Origin: Flavobacteriales bacterium UBA6772
Lineage (GTDB): Bacteria; Bacteroidota; Bacteroidia; Flavobacteriales; UBA7430
Reading direction: 5' to 3'
NCBI GenBank assembly: GCA_002453265.1
Contig: DKGK01000015.1
Span: 6,816-40,685 of the forward strand
Length of the DNA stretch: 33,870 bases
Positions within the stretch are counted from its first letter, which is position 1. Each line of letters begins with the position of its first letter. Shown piece by piece: positions 9,674-19,505 of the stretch. The notes under the pieces are model-generated. The model had not been told where the DNA came from. It made no database searches and was given only the letters and a program-made list of their open reading frames with translations. The position numbers and the translations under genes are program-made.

Positions 9674-12600
9674 ATGAAAATATTAAAAATTGAATTACAA
9701 AATATTAACTCCTTAAAATCTGAAACTAGTATTGTAATAGATTTTGAAAGTGAACAGTTTAAGGATGTAGGTTTATATGCTATAACAGGAGCAACAGGAG
9801 CAGGAAAAACAACAATTTTAGATGCCATAACAATTGCATTATACAACAGTGTTCCACGTTTTAAAGAATCTAAAGGAGCACTGATTGATGTGGTAAGTCA
9901 TGGAGCGGCTAAAGCATTTAGTAGAATTACTTTTGAAAATGAAAACAATACTTATGAGGCCTATTGGGGGATAAGACTTGCAACAATTAAAGGAAAAAGA
10001 CTCTCTAACCCACAGGAAGAAGTAAGTTTAAAAAATATAACTACTGGAAAAATTTTAGCAACACAAAAAAGAAACTTGATTACAGAGGTTGTAAACGTAA
10101 CACAGTTAGATTACAAGCAATTTTTAAGGTCTGTGTTGTTGGCACAAGGTGAGTTTACTTCATTTTTATCGGCTAAGGGAGCAGAGAAAGGAAGATTGTT
10201 AGAACAAATTACTGGAGAGGATATTTATAAAAAAATAGGAGAAGGAATTTTAATAAAAAAGGGGGAAGAAGAAAAGAAGTTATCAGATTTTAAATCTAAA
10301 ATTAATGGGGATGATGTACTTGATGAAGACCAAAAATTAGAATTGAATAGAAAGGATAAAGAATTAGATCTTCAAATTAAAGTCTGTGAAGAAGAACTAA
10401 AATCCATTGAACATAATGTTAACTGGTACAAGAAACATAAAGAGTTGTCTGCTGATATGACTAAATTAATTGCAGAAGGTAAGGAGCTAGATAAAACAAT
10501 AAATGAACATAAATTGGAAATCGATTTATTGGCTATAAACGATAAGGCAGAACCTTTTGGCGAATTGATAAGAGATTTGAATTCGAATAAGAAGCTAGAA
10601 AACAAAAATAGTGAAGATTTAAAGGCAATAGAATATGAATTATCTCAATTAACACCAAAGATTGAAATAGTAACTAAAAGGGTAGAACAAGAAGAAATAG
10701 AATTAAAAAAAGCCAACATTGAACTAAATTCTTGGTTACCAAAATTTGATATTATTACGAAACTAGAGAGTCAATTTTCGGCTGAACAAAATAATAAAAA
10801 TAAAGTCAAACAAAATATAACTGCAATAAAACTGAGTGAGAATAGTTTGCTAAAAGAAAGGCAAAGAATTAGCAAAGCAAGCACAGATACAAAAGCTAGT
10901 ATTAAGATTGATGAAGCTTATGTGAACAAGAATATAATTTTAACAAAGGTTCAAACAGAACTATCAAAGTGGAATACAAATTTAACCACTTTAAATGAAA
11001 CGAAAAAAACGGTTACTGAGAGCAATTCATTTCTAACTAAGAAAGATAGTGAAGTTAAAACTACGAAGCTTGACTTAGCAGAAAACAAAAATATTCTCAA
11101 GATTAAGTCATCAGAAATAACTAAAATTGAATTGGATATAGTTTCTATCGATAAGAAATTGGAGTCAAAAAAACTTTCTGATTTATTAGACTCAAAGACA
11201 AAACTAAATACCGAAGAATCTAACTGGAAACAGATTAAAGTTTACGCTGAAGAAAAGACAAAAAAGAAAATTACAATAAACAATGTATCTAAGAACCAGA
11301 AAGACTATACATCTAAATTAACAGAAATTACAAACAATATAAATTCTATAAAAATAAAAATTACGAGTCAAGAAACTTCAGTTTCTGATGCAGAAAAAAT
11401 ATTAAATTACGAACAAAGCATATTAAAATACGAGGATGATAGGCCGAACTTAATCAAAGGAGAGGCTTGTGGATTATGCGGATCTAAGGAACATCCGTTT
11501 ACCAAACACTTAATTCCAGGTGATGTATCGAAGTCGGAAGAAGAACTAAAGCAAAGGAATAGCAAACTAACTAATCTAAAAGATAAATATGCTGAATTAG
11601 AAAAGAAGGTTGTTGGATTATGTACAAATATTACGAATTGTAAGAAACAAATAAATGCTGCAAATGAGGAGTTAAAGTTGATTACTACAAATGCTAAGAA
11701 GATAGCAGTTGACTTTGATTTAGCAGACTTTACAGGAATTTTGAAGGTACTTGGAGGTATTACTGAGGATTTAAAAAAACTAGACAAAATAATCAAATCT
11801 TCGCAGAAATTGCAAAAGCAAAGAGAGGAATATAATACAATACTTAAAAAACAAAGTAAAGCTTGTAATGACCTCAAGAAAAAGGACACGACCTATAGCA
11901 CTGTATTAAAAGGTTTGAACTCGGAGATAAATACTAGAAAAATCTACTTGGATAGCCAAGTAGAGAAATGTACTAAAATAGAACAGAGTTTAGCAATAGA
12001 GCTATTAAAGTTCAATTATAAGATTCCAACAATAGAATACTCGGTTTCATTTATTAAAACACTTGAAAATAGTATTAGTACCTATACTAATACACAAACA
12101 AACTTAGAGAGTCTTAAAGCAGCAAACAAAAATCAGAATACTAATATAACAAATTTAGAAAAACAGCTAAAAAACGAAAGCATAGCACTAAAAAACGAGG
12201 AGGACAATTTTACTAAAATTGAATCTAAGTCTAAGCGAGTAGTTGAAGAACGAATAAAGATTTTACCAAAGGAAATAAGTGTTGAAATAAAACGGACAAG
12301 ACTGCAAGATTCTAGTAAGCTAGTAAACGAAAAATTTAAAGACAGTACTAAAAAGCTTCAGCAATTAATAATTACAAAAAAAGGAAGGGAAGTTAGTAAG
12401 GATAATACATTAAAAGGACAAAAGGATTTATTAGACGAATTAAATACTTTAATGTCATCTCTTAATAGCAGACTAGATGGCAGCAGTTTTGAATCGAAAA
12501 TAGCAATTGAAAATGCTTTACTATCAGTTGATATAAAGGCGGATTACGATGGGATAAAGAAGAAAATACATGAAGAACAACTTAGATTAAACACACTAAA

Positions 12601-13327
12601 TAAGAGAAATTCAGAAGCACTAGATATACTAATTATGTCAAAAGATTTTAGTGTTTCAGAAGAAGATAGTACTAAAACTCAAAAAACATCGGCTGCTAAA
12701 AAAGAGGACTGCTTGGCAGAAAAAGGAAAAATAAGTGAGGCTTTTAGAAAAGAACAAGAAATTAGGAAACGAAACGAGTCCGTTTACACTAAAATTGATG
12801 CTCAGGAAGCAATATGTAAAGTATGGAGGGATTTATTTAAGGTAATTGGAAATTCGAAGGATGCATTTAATGTGTATGTTCAGCGCTTAACATTGAAGCA
12901 TTTACTGGATTTAGCAAACGTACATTTATTCAAATTAAACAATAGGTATTCCTTAAAGCTAGAGTCAGGCTATAAACCAAAAGAAGAATTGAATTTCAAT
13001 TTAATCGATCACTTTCAAACTGATCAATGTAGATTGGTTGATACATCAAGTGGCGGTGAAAAGTTTATTATTAGTTTGGCGTTGGCACTAGGACTTTCCG
13101 ATTTAGCGAGTAAAAACGTAAAAATAGACTCGCTATTTATTGATGAAGGTTTTGGTACTTTAGACAAAAATTCTTTAGAAACCGTAATTTCAACATTAGA
13201 AACTTTACAGTCACAAGGAAAAATGATTGGAATAATTTCGCATGTTGAAAACTTGAAAGAACGGATTCCTACTCAAATACAAATACGAAAAAAGAGCAAT
13301 GGCGTAAGTGTTGTAGAAATGGAATGA
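9674..13327 (+). CDS. sbcC: Exonuclease SbcC (Rad50-family ATPase subunit)
   Basis: 1217-aa ORF. It has Walker A GATGAGKTT, a very long Lys/Glu-rich coiled coil and a central zinc hook CGLCGS (about 11468..11479). The signature motif SGGEKF and Walker B LFIDEGFG are near the C-terminus. There is a 5-nt gap after sbcD. Confidence 0.9.
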   Translation: MKILKIELQNINSLKSETSIVIDFESEQFKDVGLYAITGATGAGKTTILDAITIALYNSVPRFKESKGALIDVVSHGAAKAFSRITFENENNTYEAYWGIRLATIKGKRLSNPQEEVSLKNITTGKILATQKRNLITEVVNVTQLDYKQFLRSVLLAQGEFTSFLSAKGAEKGRLLEQITGEDIYKKIGEGILIKKGEEEKKLSDFKSKINGDDVLDEDQKLELNRKDKELDLQIKVCEEELKSIEHNVNWYKKHKELSADMTKLIAEGKELDKTINEHKLEIDLLAINDKAEPFGELIRDLNSNKKLENKNSEDLKAIEYELSQLTPKIEIVTKRVEQEEIELKKANIELNSWLPKFDIITKLESQFSAEQNNKNKVKQNITAIKLSENSLLKERQRISKASTDTKASIKIDEAYVNKNIILTKVQTELSKWNTNLTTLNETKKTVTESNSFLTKKDSEVKTTKLDLAENKNILKIKSSEITKIELDIVSIDKKLESKKLSDLLDSKTKLNTEESNWKQIKVYAEEKTKKKITINNVSKNQKDYTSKLTEITNNINSIKIKITSQETSVSDAEKILNYEQSILKYEDDRPNLIKGEACGLCGSKEHPFTKHLIPGDVSKSEEELKQRNSKLTNLKDKYAELEKKVVGLCTNITNCKKQINAANEELKLITTNAKKIAVDFDLADFTGILKVLGGITEDLKKLDKIIKSSQKLQKQREEYNTILKKQSKACNDLKKKDTTYSTVLKGLNSEINTRKIYLDSQVEKCTKIEQSLAIELLKFNYKIPTIEYSVSFIKTLENSISTYTNTQTNLESLKAANKNQNTNITNLEKQLKNESIALKNEEDNFTKIESKSKRVVEERIKILPKEISVEIKRTRLQDSSKLVNEKFKDSTKKLQQLIITKKGREVSKDNTLKGQKDLLDELNTLMSSLNSRLDGSSFESKIAIENALLSVDIKADYDGIKKKIHEEQLRLNTLNKRNSEALDILIMSKDFSVSEEDSTKTQKTSAAKKEDCLAEKGKISEAFRKEQEIRKRNESVYTKIDAQEAICKVWRDLFKVIGNSKDAFNVYVQRLTLKHLLDLANVHLFKLNNRYSLKLESGYKPKEELNFNLIDHFQTDQCRLVDTSSGGEKFIISLALALGLSDLASKNVKIDSLFIDEGFGTLDKNSLETVISTLETLQSQGKMIGIISHVENLKERIPTQIQIRKKSNGVSVVEME

Positions 13328-13408
13328 TGCGGTAGAATTAGTTTGAAAATTTCGATGAACAAATCAAATAGAAATAAACATGAACTATAGGTCTATGAAG
13401 AATGAAAT

Positions 13409-13801
13409 TTATAGTTTTTGTTTAATCTTTTCAGCAATAAGCAACATTTCTCCATCTTCAACTTTCAACTTAGGTCGCGAGAAATTAATATCTTCTACAG
13501 ATTGTAAAGGAATTAAATGAATATGAGCGTGAGGTACTTCTAAACCAATTACTGCTATTCCTACTCGTTTACACGGTATAGCCATTTTTAGAGCTTTAGC
13601 AGTTGTTTTAGCGAAAAGCCAAAGCATAGTGTAGTTCTCGTCCGAAAGATCAAAAATAGAATCTATTTCCTGCTTAGGAATTACGAGTACATGACCCTTG
13701 GCCAAAGGAAAAACATCTAAAAAAGCTAAGAAGTGTTCATCTTCAGCGATTTTAAAGGCAGGAATTTCTCCTTTTACAATCTTGGTGAATATACTAGCCA
13801 T
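13409..13801 (-). CDS. HIT family (histidine triad) nucleotide hydrolase
   Basis: 130-aa ORF with the histidine triad HAHIHLIP and an N-terminal IFxKIxxGEIP motif. Its ATG overlaps the greA stop codon (TAATG). Confidence 0.9.
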   Translation of the reverse strand: MASIFTKIVKGEIPAFKIAEDEHFLAFLDVFPLAKGHVLVIPKQEIDSIFDLSDENYTMLWLFAKTTAKALKMAIPCKRVGIAVIGLEVPHAHIHLIPLQSVEDINFSRPKLKVEDGEMLLIAEKIKQKL

Positions 13802-14274
13802 TAACGTGAGATGCTAATAACCTCAAACTTCATGAGTCCGGCAGGAACAGTAATCTCTGCGATGTCTCCAACTTTCTTTCCTAATAATCCAGTACCGATT
13901 GGAGAATTAATTGAAATTCTTCCAGTCTTAATATTTGCCTCAGACTCGGCAACTAAAGTAACAGTCATGTCTTTTTTTGTAGCTAAATTTTTAATTTTAA
14001 CAATAGATAGAGCTAAAACTTTATCGGTATCTAATAGCGATTCGTCTATAACACGAGCTGTAGAGTACATGCCTTCGAGTTTTGAAATTTTCATTTCCAA
14101 CATCCCTTGTGCTTCTTTGGCAGCATCGTATTCTGCATTTTCCGATAAATCACCTTTATCTCGTGCCTCTGAAATCTGATTAGAGATACTAGGACGTTCA
14201 ACGAACTTTAACTGCTCAAGCTCATCTTTGAGTCTCTTTAATCCTTCTTCTGTATAATATGATATTGTTGACAT
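13801..14274 (-). CDS. greA: Transcription elongation factor GreA
   Basis: 157-aa ORF with an N-terminal coiled-coil region (GDLSENAEYDAAKE) and a C-terminal FKBP-like domain (ISINSPIGTGLLGKKVGD). Confidence 0.95.
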   Translation of the reverse strand: MSTISYYTEEGLKRLKDELEQLKFVERPSISNQISEARDKGDLSENAEYDAAKEAQGMLEMKISKLEGMYSTARVIDESLLDTDKVLALSIVKIKNLATKKDMTVTLVAESEANIKTGRISINSPIGTGLLGKKVGDIAEITVPAGLMKFEVISISR

Positions 14275-14304
14275 AATAGTACTTTTTAAAAGTAAATAAA
14301 CGCA

Positions 14305-14333
14305 AAAAGAAGATCCGATAGGATCCTCTTTTA
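14305..14333 (-). terminator. Rho-independent terminator after the PorV/PorQ-like gene
   Basis: On the minus strand: AAAAGAGGATCC-TATC-GGATCTTCTTTTT. This is an imperfect 9-10 bp stem followed by a T-run. A shorter CCTCC/GGAGG hairpin lies at 14344-14357. Confidence 0.6.
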
Positions 14334-14363
14334 AATTTAGTATCCTCCCTTAGGAGGGAAATA

Positions 14364-15419
14364 TTATAGTGTTATTCTAGCACCTATTGAGTGAGGTGAA
14401 TCTAAAGGACTTGCCTTTCGGAAAGAGTAATCTAAACCAAAGCTAGTTCCATTACTCAAAGGAATTTCGAAAGTGAAACCTGCGTTTATTCCAGTGAATA
14501 CTGTAGAACGTGTTTCGGCCTCAAATATACCTTCTTCATAAACATAACCTGATCTAAGCATAAAGTAGGATTTGTATCCGTATTCAAAACCTAAACCATA
14601 TTGGTCTTTAGTAAAAGAATTTGACGTAAAATTACCCGCTAGTGTTAAACGGTTATCTTGATCGATAGTGAAATCGTAAGAACCACCAATATTTAATAAC
14701 GAAGGTAATTCGAAAGCAGCAGATCTAAGCTCATAAGTTTGATCATACTCCTGACCATTAGCTTCATCGTTTGTTAATCTCACACCATTACCATCACCTT
14801 CAAATTTCAATTTAGGACCTACATTTTTTAAAGAAACCCCAAATTTAATTTGACGATTTGCACCGGCCACATACTGAATACCAGCATCTAAAGACATTCC
14901 AGAAGCTTTCATATCTGGAGTGTTTTCAGAAATCATTCTTACAGTAGCACCACCAGAGATGTTGTCGGTAAATTTCTTAGCATAAGAAAGACCAATATTC
15001 ATTACAACTGGAGAATAGGTGGCTCCTGTTCCTTCTGGAGACTCAGAGTTTGTAATATCAATATCACCAAAGTCGATAGAGGTAATAGATAAACCAAGAA
15101 CTCCACCATCGCTAAGTGACTTAGAGAAACCAAAAGCATTTACTTGCATGTCGAAAAGCCAAGAAGTAGACGCGAAAATAAACTCTGTATTTTCGGTACC
15201 TGCCAAACCAGCAACATTTAAGAAAGTAGCTTCAAGCCCTTGAATAGAAGCAGTGTTAATACCACCCCAACCCGATGAACGAGCCCAAGGGTTGATTAAC
15301 AATTCAGTAGCCCCAGCCTGTCCCGAACGCTGTTCGTTACCTGCAAATGCACTACTAGAACAAAGTACTAATAAACCTGTTAAAAGAACAGGTAAGAGTT
15401 GTTTTGTATATTTTTTCAT
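14364..15419 (-). CDS. PorV/PorQ-family (FadL-like) outer-membrane beta-barrel protein
   Basis: Signal peptide MKKYTKQLLPVLLTGLLVLCSSSAFA. The mature N-terminus GATELLINPWARSSGWGG resembles the PorV/PorQ conserved motif. Alternating beta-strand pattern throughout. I chose the start at MKK (15419) rather than 15452. It lies 10-43 nt downstream of the 1339-aa gene. Confidence 0.7.
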   Translation of the reverse strand: MKKYTKQLLPVLLTGLLVLCSSSAFAGNEQRSGQAGATELLINPWARSSGWGGINTASIQGLEATFLNVAGLAGTENTEFIFASTSWLFDMQVNAFGFSKSLSDGGVLGLSITSIDFGDIDITNSESPEGTGATYSPVVMNIGLSYAKKFTDNISGGATVRMISENTPDMKASGMSLDAGIQYVAGANRQIKFGVSLKNVGPKLKFEGDGNGVRLTNDEANGQEYDQTYELRSAAFELPSLLNIGGSYDFTIDQDNRLTLAGNFTSNSFTKDQYGLGFEYGYKSYFMLRSGYVYEEGIFEAETRSTVFTGINAGFTFEIPLSNGTSFGLDYSFRKASPLDSPHSIGARITL

Positions 15420-15462
15420 AACCATAGTCGTATGAATTTTAGTCTTTAACAATATTGTTCTA

Positions 15463-18400
15463 CTAGAATGAATCTAAATCAATTGGACGAAGTGCACCAA
15501 ACCATTTAATAACTTTCTCACCGTATTCCTTTCCATCTACATGTATAATATATACACCCGATGCAATCGCAATATTGTAATTGTTCTTTAAATCCCAGTC
15601 CCAACCAGTAACATTTACTTCACTATCTAAATCTACACGTCTTACGAGAGTACCCGACACATTGTAAATAGAAATAGTACATACTTTAGGCAGATTAGTA
15701 ACTCTTACACGAGTATCTATTTGACCAAGTTCATAGTTATTATTACCGTAGTATGGATTAGGAACAACTTTAATAAGGTCCATAGCACTTTTAGCCGTTT
15801 CTAAATCATTCTTAACAGTCATGATAGATTCTGTAGAGAACGTTAATAAAGGATTACCATTGTTAATATCAGAGGCAGTACAATCATCGGTATCTTCTAA
15901 ATTATACCTAGAATAACTTTTAGAAACCCTAAGTTGAACCTCGATATTACCGTCAGACAAAATAGAATTTTGAGAGGTAAGTGGAATGGATGTCCAAGCC
16001 ATATCCTTGAATACTTTTACACTATTTACAAAAGAACTCATATTTATTAACCTACTGTATAATGGGTGATCCTCTTCATTATCTCCAGCATATTCGCTCA
16101 TGGCAACATATAAGTAATGACGACCACCAAGAATAAAACTGGTAGGATCAAAAATATCTCCATCTAATATAGTAGAAGTAGGATTCCAAATCATATCGTT
16201 CCCGTTATGGTCAGGTATGGTAGAAGCTTCACCAAACATCATGTTTACACGAATTCCTCTTTCTAAATCGAATGCATAACCAGGAAACCAAGAGAATCCA
16301 GTAGATCCAGAAGCTTCGTCCAATCCTTCTTTGTCAACAGATGGAGAAGATTTTAAAGTCATTCTATCATCTGTATCACCTGTTTCGATTACAGGAACAC
16401 GAGTCCAAAGCGATTTATCAGCTGTATAAACAATATCTACAGAAGATAATGTATTTAACTTTTCTCTAGCACTAATACTTGGAGCATGTGGGAAAGGAGA
16501 ATCGTCTTTATCATACCCCACTAAAGCATAAGGAGCCCACATACCATTAAGTACATTTTCGTAAGTAGAATTTTCATCTACCCAAGCATCAACATTTCCA
16601 AAATCAATATAAATAGGATCAGTAACAGAAGGGTCAGGATCTGGATTAGAAGCTGTACCAGAACGAATCCAATTTAATGGGTGTACGAATACACCATCTG
16701 GACCTTGAAAAAAGAAATCATTATCAGGAACAAAGTCTAACCAAGAAGTAGAATTATCTTTAATTAAGGTAGCACTAATTAGTCCATTTGTACCTTTAGT
16801 GTCATCACCAGCATCAATTCCATTTACGATTGTAACAGAAAGTCCCCAGTCTGCAATGATTTGCTCATTCTTAACACTCAATGTAGTGTCTGAACTTACA
16901 GAAACACCAGTTGTCTCATTTGTTAAGACCCATCTAGCAGTATCATTTACAGCATTCATTACAAAAGTAAAGTCTGTGTTTTCTGGAACACTTAAAGGAT
17001 CAATAACTTTAATATCTACTGGAGAACCATCAACAGCATAACCAGTACTAGTAGTACAAATTGAAGGATCTAGTAAAGCTAATTTCATTTCAGATGTAAA
17101 CTGTAGCTCTAAACCACCATTTCCTGAACCTTCTAAACGAGTCATATTAGGAATAGTTCCGTAATCTGCGTTTTGAATAGTACCGTTTGATTCTGCAGTT
17201 GTAATATGAGGAATGGCAGAATATTGCTTAATATTTTTACGACCAGCTAAGAAAGGTTTTTTCTGACCTTCGAAACTTCCTGCATAAATATTATCAGGAT
17301 CTGGCACTACATCTTGCTTATACTCAATGAATTCGTTATATCCGTAAGCAATAGCAGTAAAGTAGTACGTTTTATTATTAATTAAAGTACGATCTCCAGA
17401 TGCAAATAAATCTTGATTTACCACAAAGGAGTGGATAATTCCTTCATTTGCTGCTTGTAGCGTCATGTTTGTAGGAACATCAGCTTCTAAAGCTAAACTA
17501 AAATTATAGTTAGTAAGATTTGCGATAGGAGAAATAGTTTCTTCTGAAGTGACCATTCCATTATCGTCTCTATAGTTTTCAATATCACATTGGAAAACCA
17601 TTCTAGCTCTATCAATATCGTAAACGTCCGCAGCCGTAACTGTTTCGTCTTTTAATTGGAATATTTGATAACCTTCGAAAACGTAAGAGTCTCTATAAGG
17701 AAGTGTTTGTTCTTCGTCATAAAAGCCAGAAATATTAATTTGATCTTGTTCTAGATAATCTTCATTAGAATTTTGGCTGTTGTTAGAAATATTAGCAGCG
17801 TTAGATAAGGTAATAATAATTTCCTTATCTAGTTCTTGAATTGCCATATCTGGAGCATCAGGACCGTCAAGTACCTCGAAACAGATATCGAAAAGTTTTT
17901 GAGCTTTGTCATCTGCAATACGCATAAGCTCTACAGACGCCCATGCACCACCAGAATTAGCACGTGCCCAAACAACACCTGTTGTAATGGTGTTTAAAGC
18001 ACCAGGCTCAAGCGTAAAAGGACCTGCAGATTGGACAAAACGTCTATCATTTGGTACGTTTCCAGCAATTTGTTCTGTCCACTGCTCATCAAATGCAGGG
18101 TCAGTAGTTCCAGGGAACATATAATTACATAGTGGACTAGATGGGTTTCTACCATCAGCACCATAAGTCATTGGTTTATTATCTAACCATTTACCTTGTA
18201 AGTAATTGTAAAAGTCTTGTGCTAAGTCTGGATTACCAGTAACTGTACCATCGTTATTAAAGTACATAAACTTAGACATAATGATCTGTTCTCCGGCTTC
18301 ATCAATAATACCATCTAAATCATTATCAATACCATCACCTTCATCGGCAATAGGACCTCTAAAGAAATCTACTCCAATTGCAGGTGGATTTGAACCATAA

Positions 18401-19482
18401 CCAGCAGCAGTTTCATCGTCTTCATCACCATTGTAACAGTACCCTAAACCTCTGGCAACATCACAACCAACAAAATCATCTTGATAATTTCCTAAATCTG
18501 GATCAACATGAACCCCGAAGTACGCCTCGTTTAATGCATTATGAGAACGATTGATTAACTTATAGTTGTAAAAAGTCATGTTGTTAATCTCATCGTTGGT
18601 AGAAAAAGCAAAGGCTTGAGCCTGTATTTCTAAACCAATTGGCTCTATAGAACCAGAAGCAGTATGAGACTCACCTTTATCGTTATAAACCCACCAAAGC
18701 GTTTGATCACCAAAAAGTATATCTGCTTCTTGACAGTTAAAAGAACCATCTAGATTGTACTCTGGATAATCTCCAGCTGATGCATTATAAACACCATCTC
18801 CATTTACATCTCGGAAAGGAGCAAGCGTTTCCAATGCGTAATATGGACTTGTACCTACTTGTTCATCGTAACCGTCGAAAGCATTATCATTTTGATCATC
18901 GTCTTCACGGTTACCTGGGTAATTTAAAATAGAAAGCGGAATAGAGTAATCAGGAAATTCAAGACTTGGATTCTCTGAAATAGAATAAGCCACAAACTGC
19001 TCTACTTCTGCTCTAGTAATAACATGGTGGTAATCATACTTCGCACAAATATTAGCTTCAGTAGTACCGTATTTATTGTTAGGACTTCCATCTGCACTCA
19101 ATCGTACATTATCTATAGGTCCTGGCCAAAAGTCGTTACCAGATTGACGATATGTTTGAGCAGCAACTTTAAGTTGGTCATCATCGTCCATACCACCAAT
19201 CCATAGAGAACCAGCAAACAATGAATGTTTCCCACTATTTTTAGGGATTTCGTATTTCCCATCAGATAAATTCCACCACATATCACCACCATTCAAAATG
19301 GTAGTCTTAACATTATTAATATCTAATAATGTTTGAGCAGTACCAGCAGCACAATTAAAGGCCAACGACTGAGTTGGAGTAGTAACTTCGCCACCAGAAT
19401 AATTAACATTTTCTTTTGCTTGAGCTCCCAAACCTAGGGTTGCAAAGAAAACGTACAGCGTATTTTTGATTGTCTTTTTCAT
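15463..19482 (-). CDS. Large secreted protein of unknown function with a T9SS-like C-terminal domain
   Basis: 1339 aa counted from MKKTIKN (the ORF track starts 7 codons earlier, at 19503). Signal peptide ...ATLGLGAQA. An acidic Ca-binding-like loop DGIDNDLDGIIDE lies at about 18298..18348. The C-terminal domain VVPNPYYG...ISIYNVSGTLV...GVYIIHV...KVIKWFGALRPIDLDSF spans 15466..15778. Confidence 0.8.
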   Translation of the reverse strand: MKKTIKNTLYVFFATLGLGAQAKENVNYSGGEVTTPTQSLAFNCAAGTAQTLLDINNVKTTILNGGDMWWNLSDGKYEIPKNSGKHSLFAGSLWIGGMDDDDQLKVAAQTYRQSGNDFWPGPIDNVRLSADGSPNNKYGTTEANICAKYDYHHVITRAEVEQFVAYSISENPSLEFPDYSIPLSILNYPGNREDDDQNDNAFDGYDEQVGTSPYYALETLAPFRDVNGDGVYNASAGDYPEYNLDGSFNCQEADILFGDQTLWWVYNDKGESHTASGSIEPIGLEIQAQAFAFSTNDEINNMTFYNYKLINRSHNALNEAYFGVHVDPDLGNYQDDFVGCDVARGLGYCYNGDEDDETAAGYGSNPPAIGVDFFRGPIADEGDGIDNDLDGIIDEAGEQIIMSKFMYFNNDGTVTGNPDLAQDFYNYLQGKWLDNKPMTYGADGRNPSSPLCNYMFPGTTDPAFDEQWTEQIAGNVPNDRRFVQSAGPFTLEPGALNTITTGVVWARANSGGAWASVELMRIADDKAQKLFDICFEVLDGPDAPDMAIQELDKEIIITLSNAANISNNSQNSNEDYLEQDQINISGFYDEEQTLPYRDSYVFEGYQIFQLKDETVTAADVYDIDRARMVFQCDIENYRDDNGMVTSEETISPIANLTNYNFSLALEADVPTNMTLQAANEGIIHSFVVNQDLFASGDRTLINNKTYYFTAIAYGYNEFIEYKQDVVPDPDNIYAGSFEGQKKPFLAGRKNIKQYSAIPHITTAESNGTIQNADYGTIPNMTRLEGSGNGGLELQFTSEMKLALLDPSICTTSTGYAVDGSPVDIKVIDPLSVPENTDFTFVMNAVNDTARWVLTNETTGVSVSSDTTLSVKNEQIIADWGLSVTIVNGIDAGDDTKGTNGLISATLIKDNSTSWLDFVPDNDFFFQGPDGVFVHPLNWIRSGTASNPDPDPSVTDPIYIDFGNVDAWVDENSTYENVLNGMWAPYALVGYDKDDSPFPHAPSISAREKLNTLSSVDIVYTADKSLWTRVPVIETGDTDDRMTLKSSPSVDKEGLDEASGSTGFSWFPGYAFDLERGIRVNMMFGEASTIPDHNGNDMIWNPTSTILDGDIFDPTSFILGGRHYLYVAMSEYAGDNEEDHPLYSRLINMSSFVNSVKVFKDMAWTSIPLTSQNSILSDGNIEVQLRVSKSYSRYNLEDTDDCTASDINNGNPLLTFSTESIMTVKNDLETAKSAMDLIKVVPNPYYGNNNYELGQIDTRVRVTNLPKVCTISIYNVSGTLVRRVDLDSEVNVTGWDWDLKNNYNIAIASGVYIIHVDGKEYGEKVIKWFGALRPIDLDSF

Positions 19483-19505
19483 ATACATACAATTTTCTAC
19501 CAAGA

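Noticed and set aside
11407-11889. 160-aa antisense ORF inside sbcC, and the other antisense or overlapping ORFs in the track (786..974, 1026..1220, 2978..3319, 3455..3706, 3643..3852, 5825..6067, 6150..6332, 9374..9601, 9655..9846, 10372..10605, 13811..14179, 15019..15243, 15253..15435, 16799..17041, 17906..18124, 19024..19206, 19466..19648, 19792..20019, 21435..21620, 22912..23172, 24519..24770, 31550..31744, 32949..33149, 33247..33486).
   Set aside because: All lie opposite to, or out of frame within, strongly supported genes. They have low-complexity Ser/Phe/Leu-rich composition typical of reverse-strand reading of AT-rich coding DNA, and they show no motifs.
8466-13327. The SbcD/SbcC pair as a possible phage-defence module (Lamassu-, Wadjet- or OLD-like SMC/nuclease system).
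   Set aside because: Both proteins carry the full canonical Mre11/Rad50 motif set: phosphoesterase motifs, Walker A/B, the signature motif and the CxxC zinc hook. They have typical sizes and spacing. They sit among housekeeping genes with no extra partner genes, so ordinary SbcCD repair nuclease is the parsimonious call.
15463-19482. The 1339-aa protein plus the adjacent PorV-like gene as the canonical porU-porV pair.
   Set aside because: I could not recognise gingipain/C25-type His-Cys catalytic blocks in the large protein. The barrel (about 350 aa) looks like a PorV/PorQ paralog rather than a clear PorV. An upstream TBDR-like gene is not part of the porUV arrangement I know. An HMM search is still needed, so this remains listed as the main refutation route.
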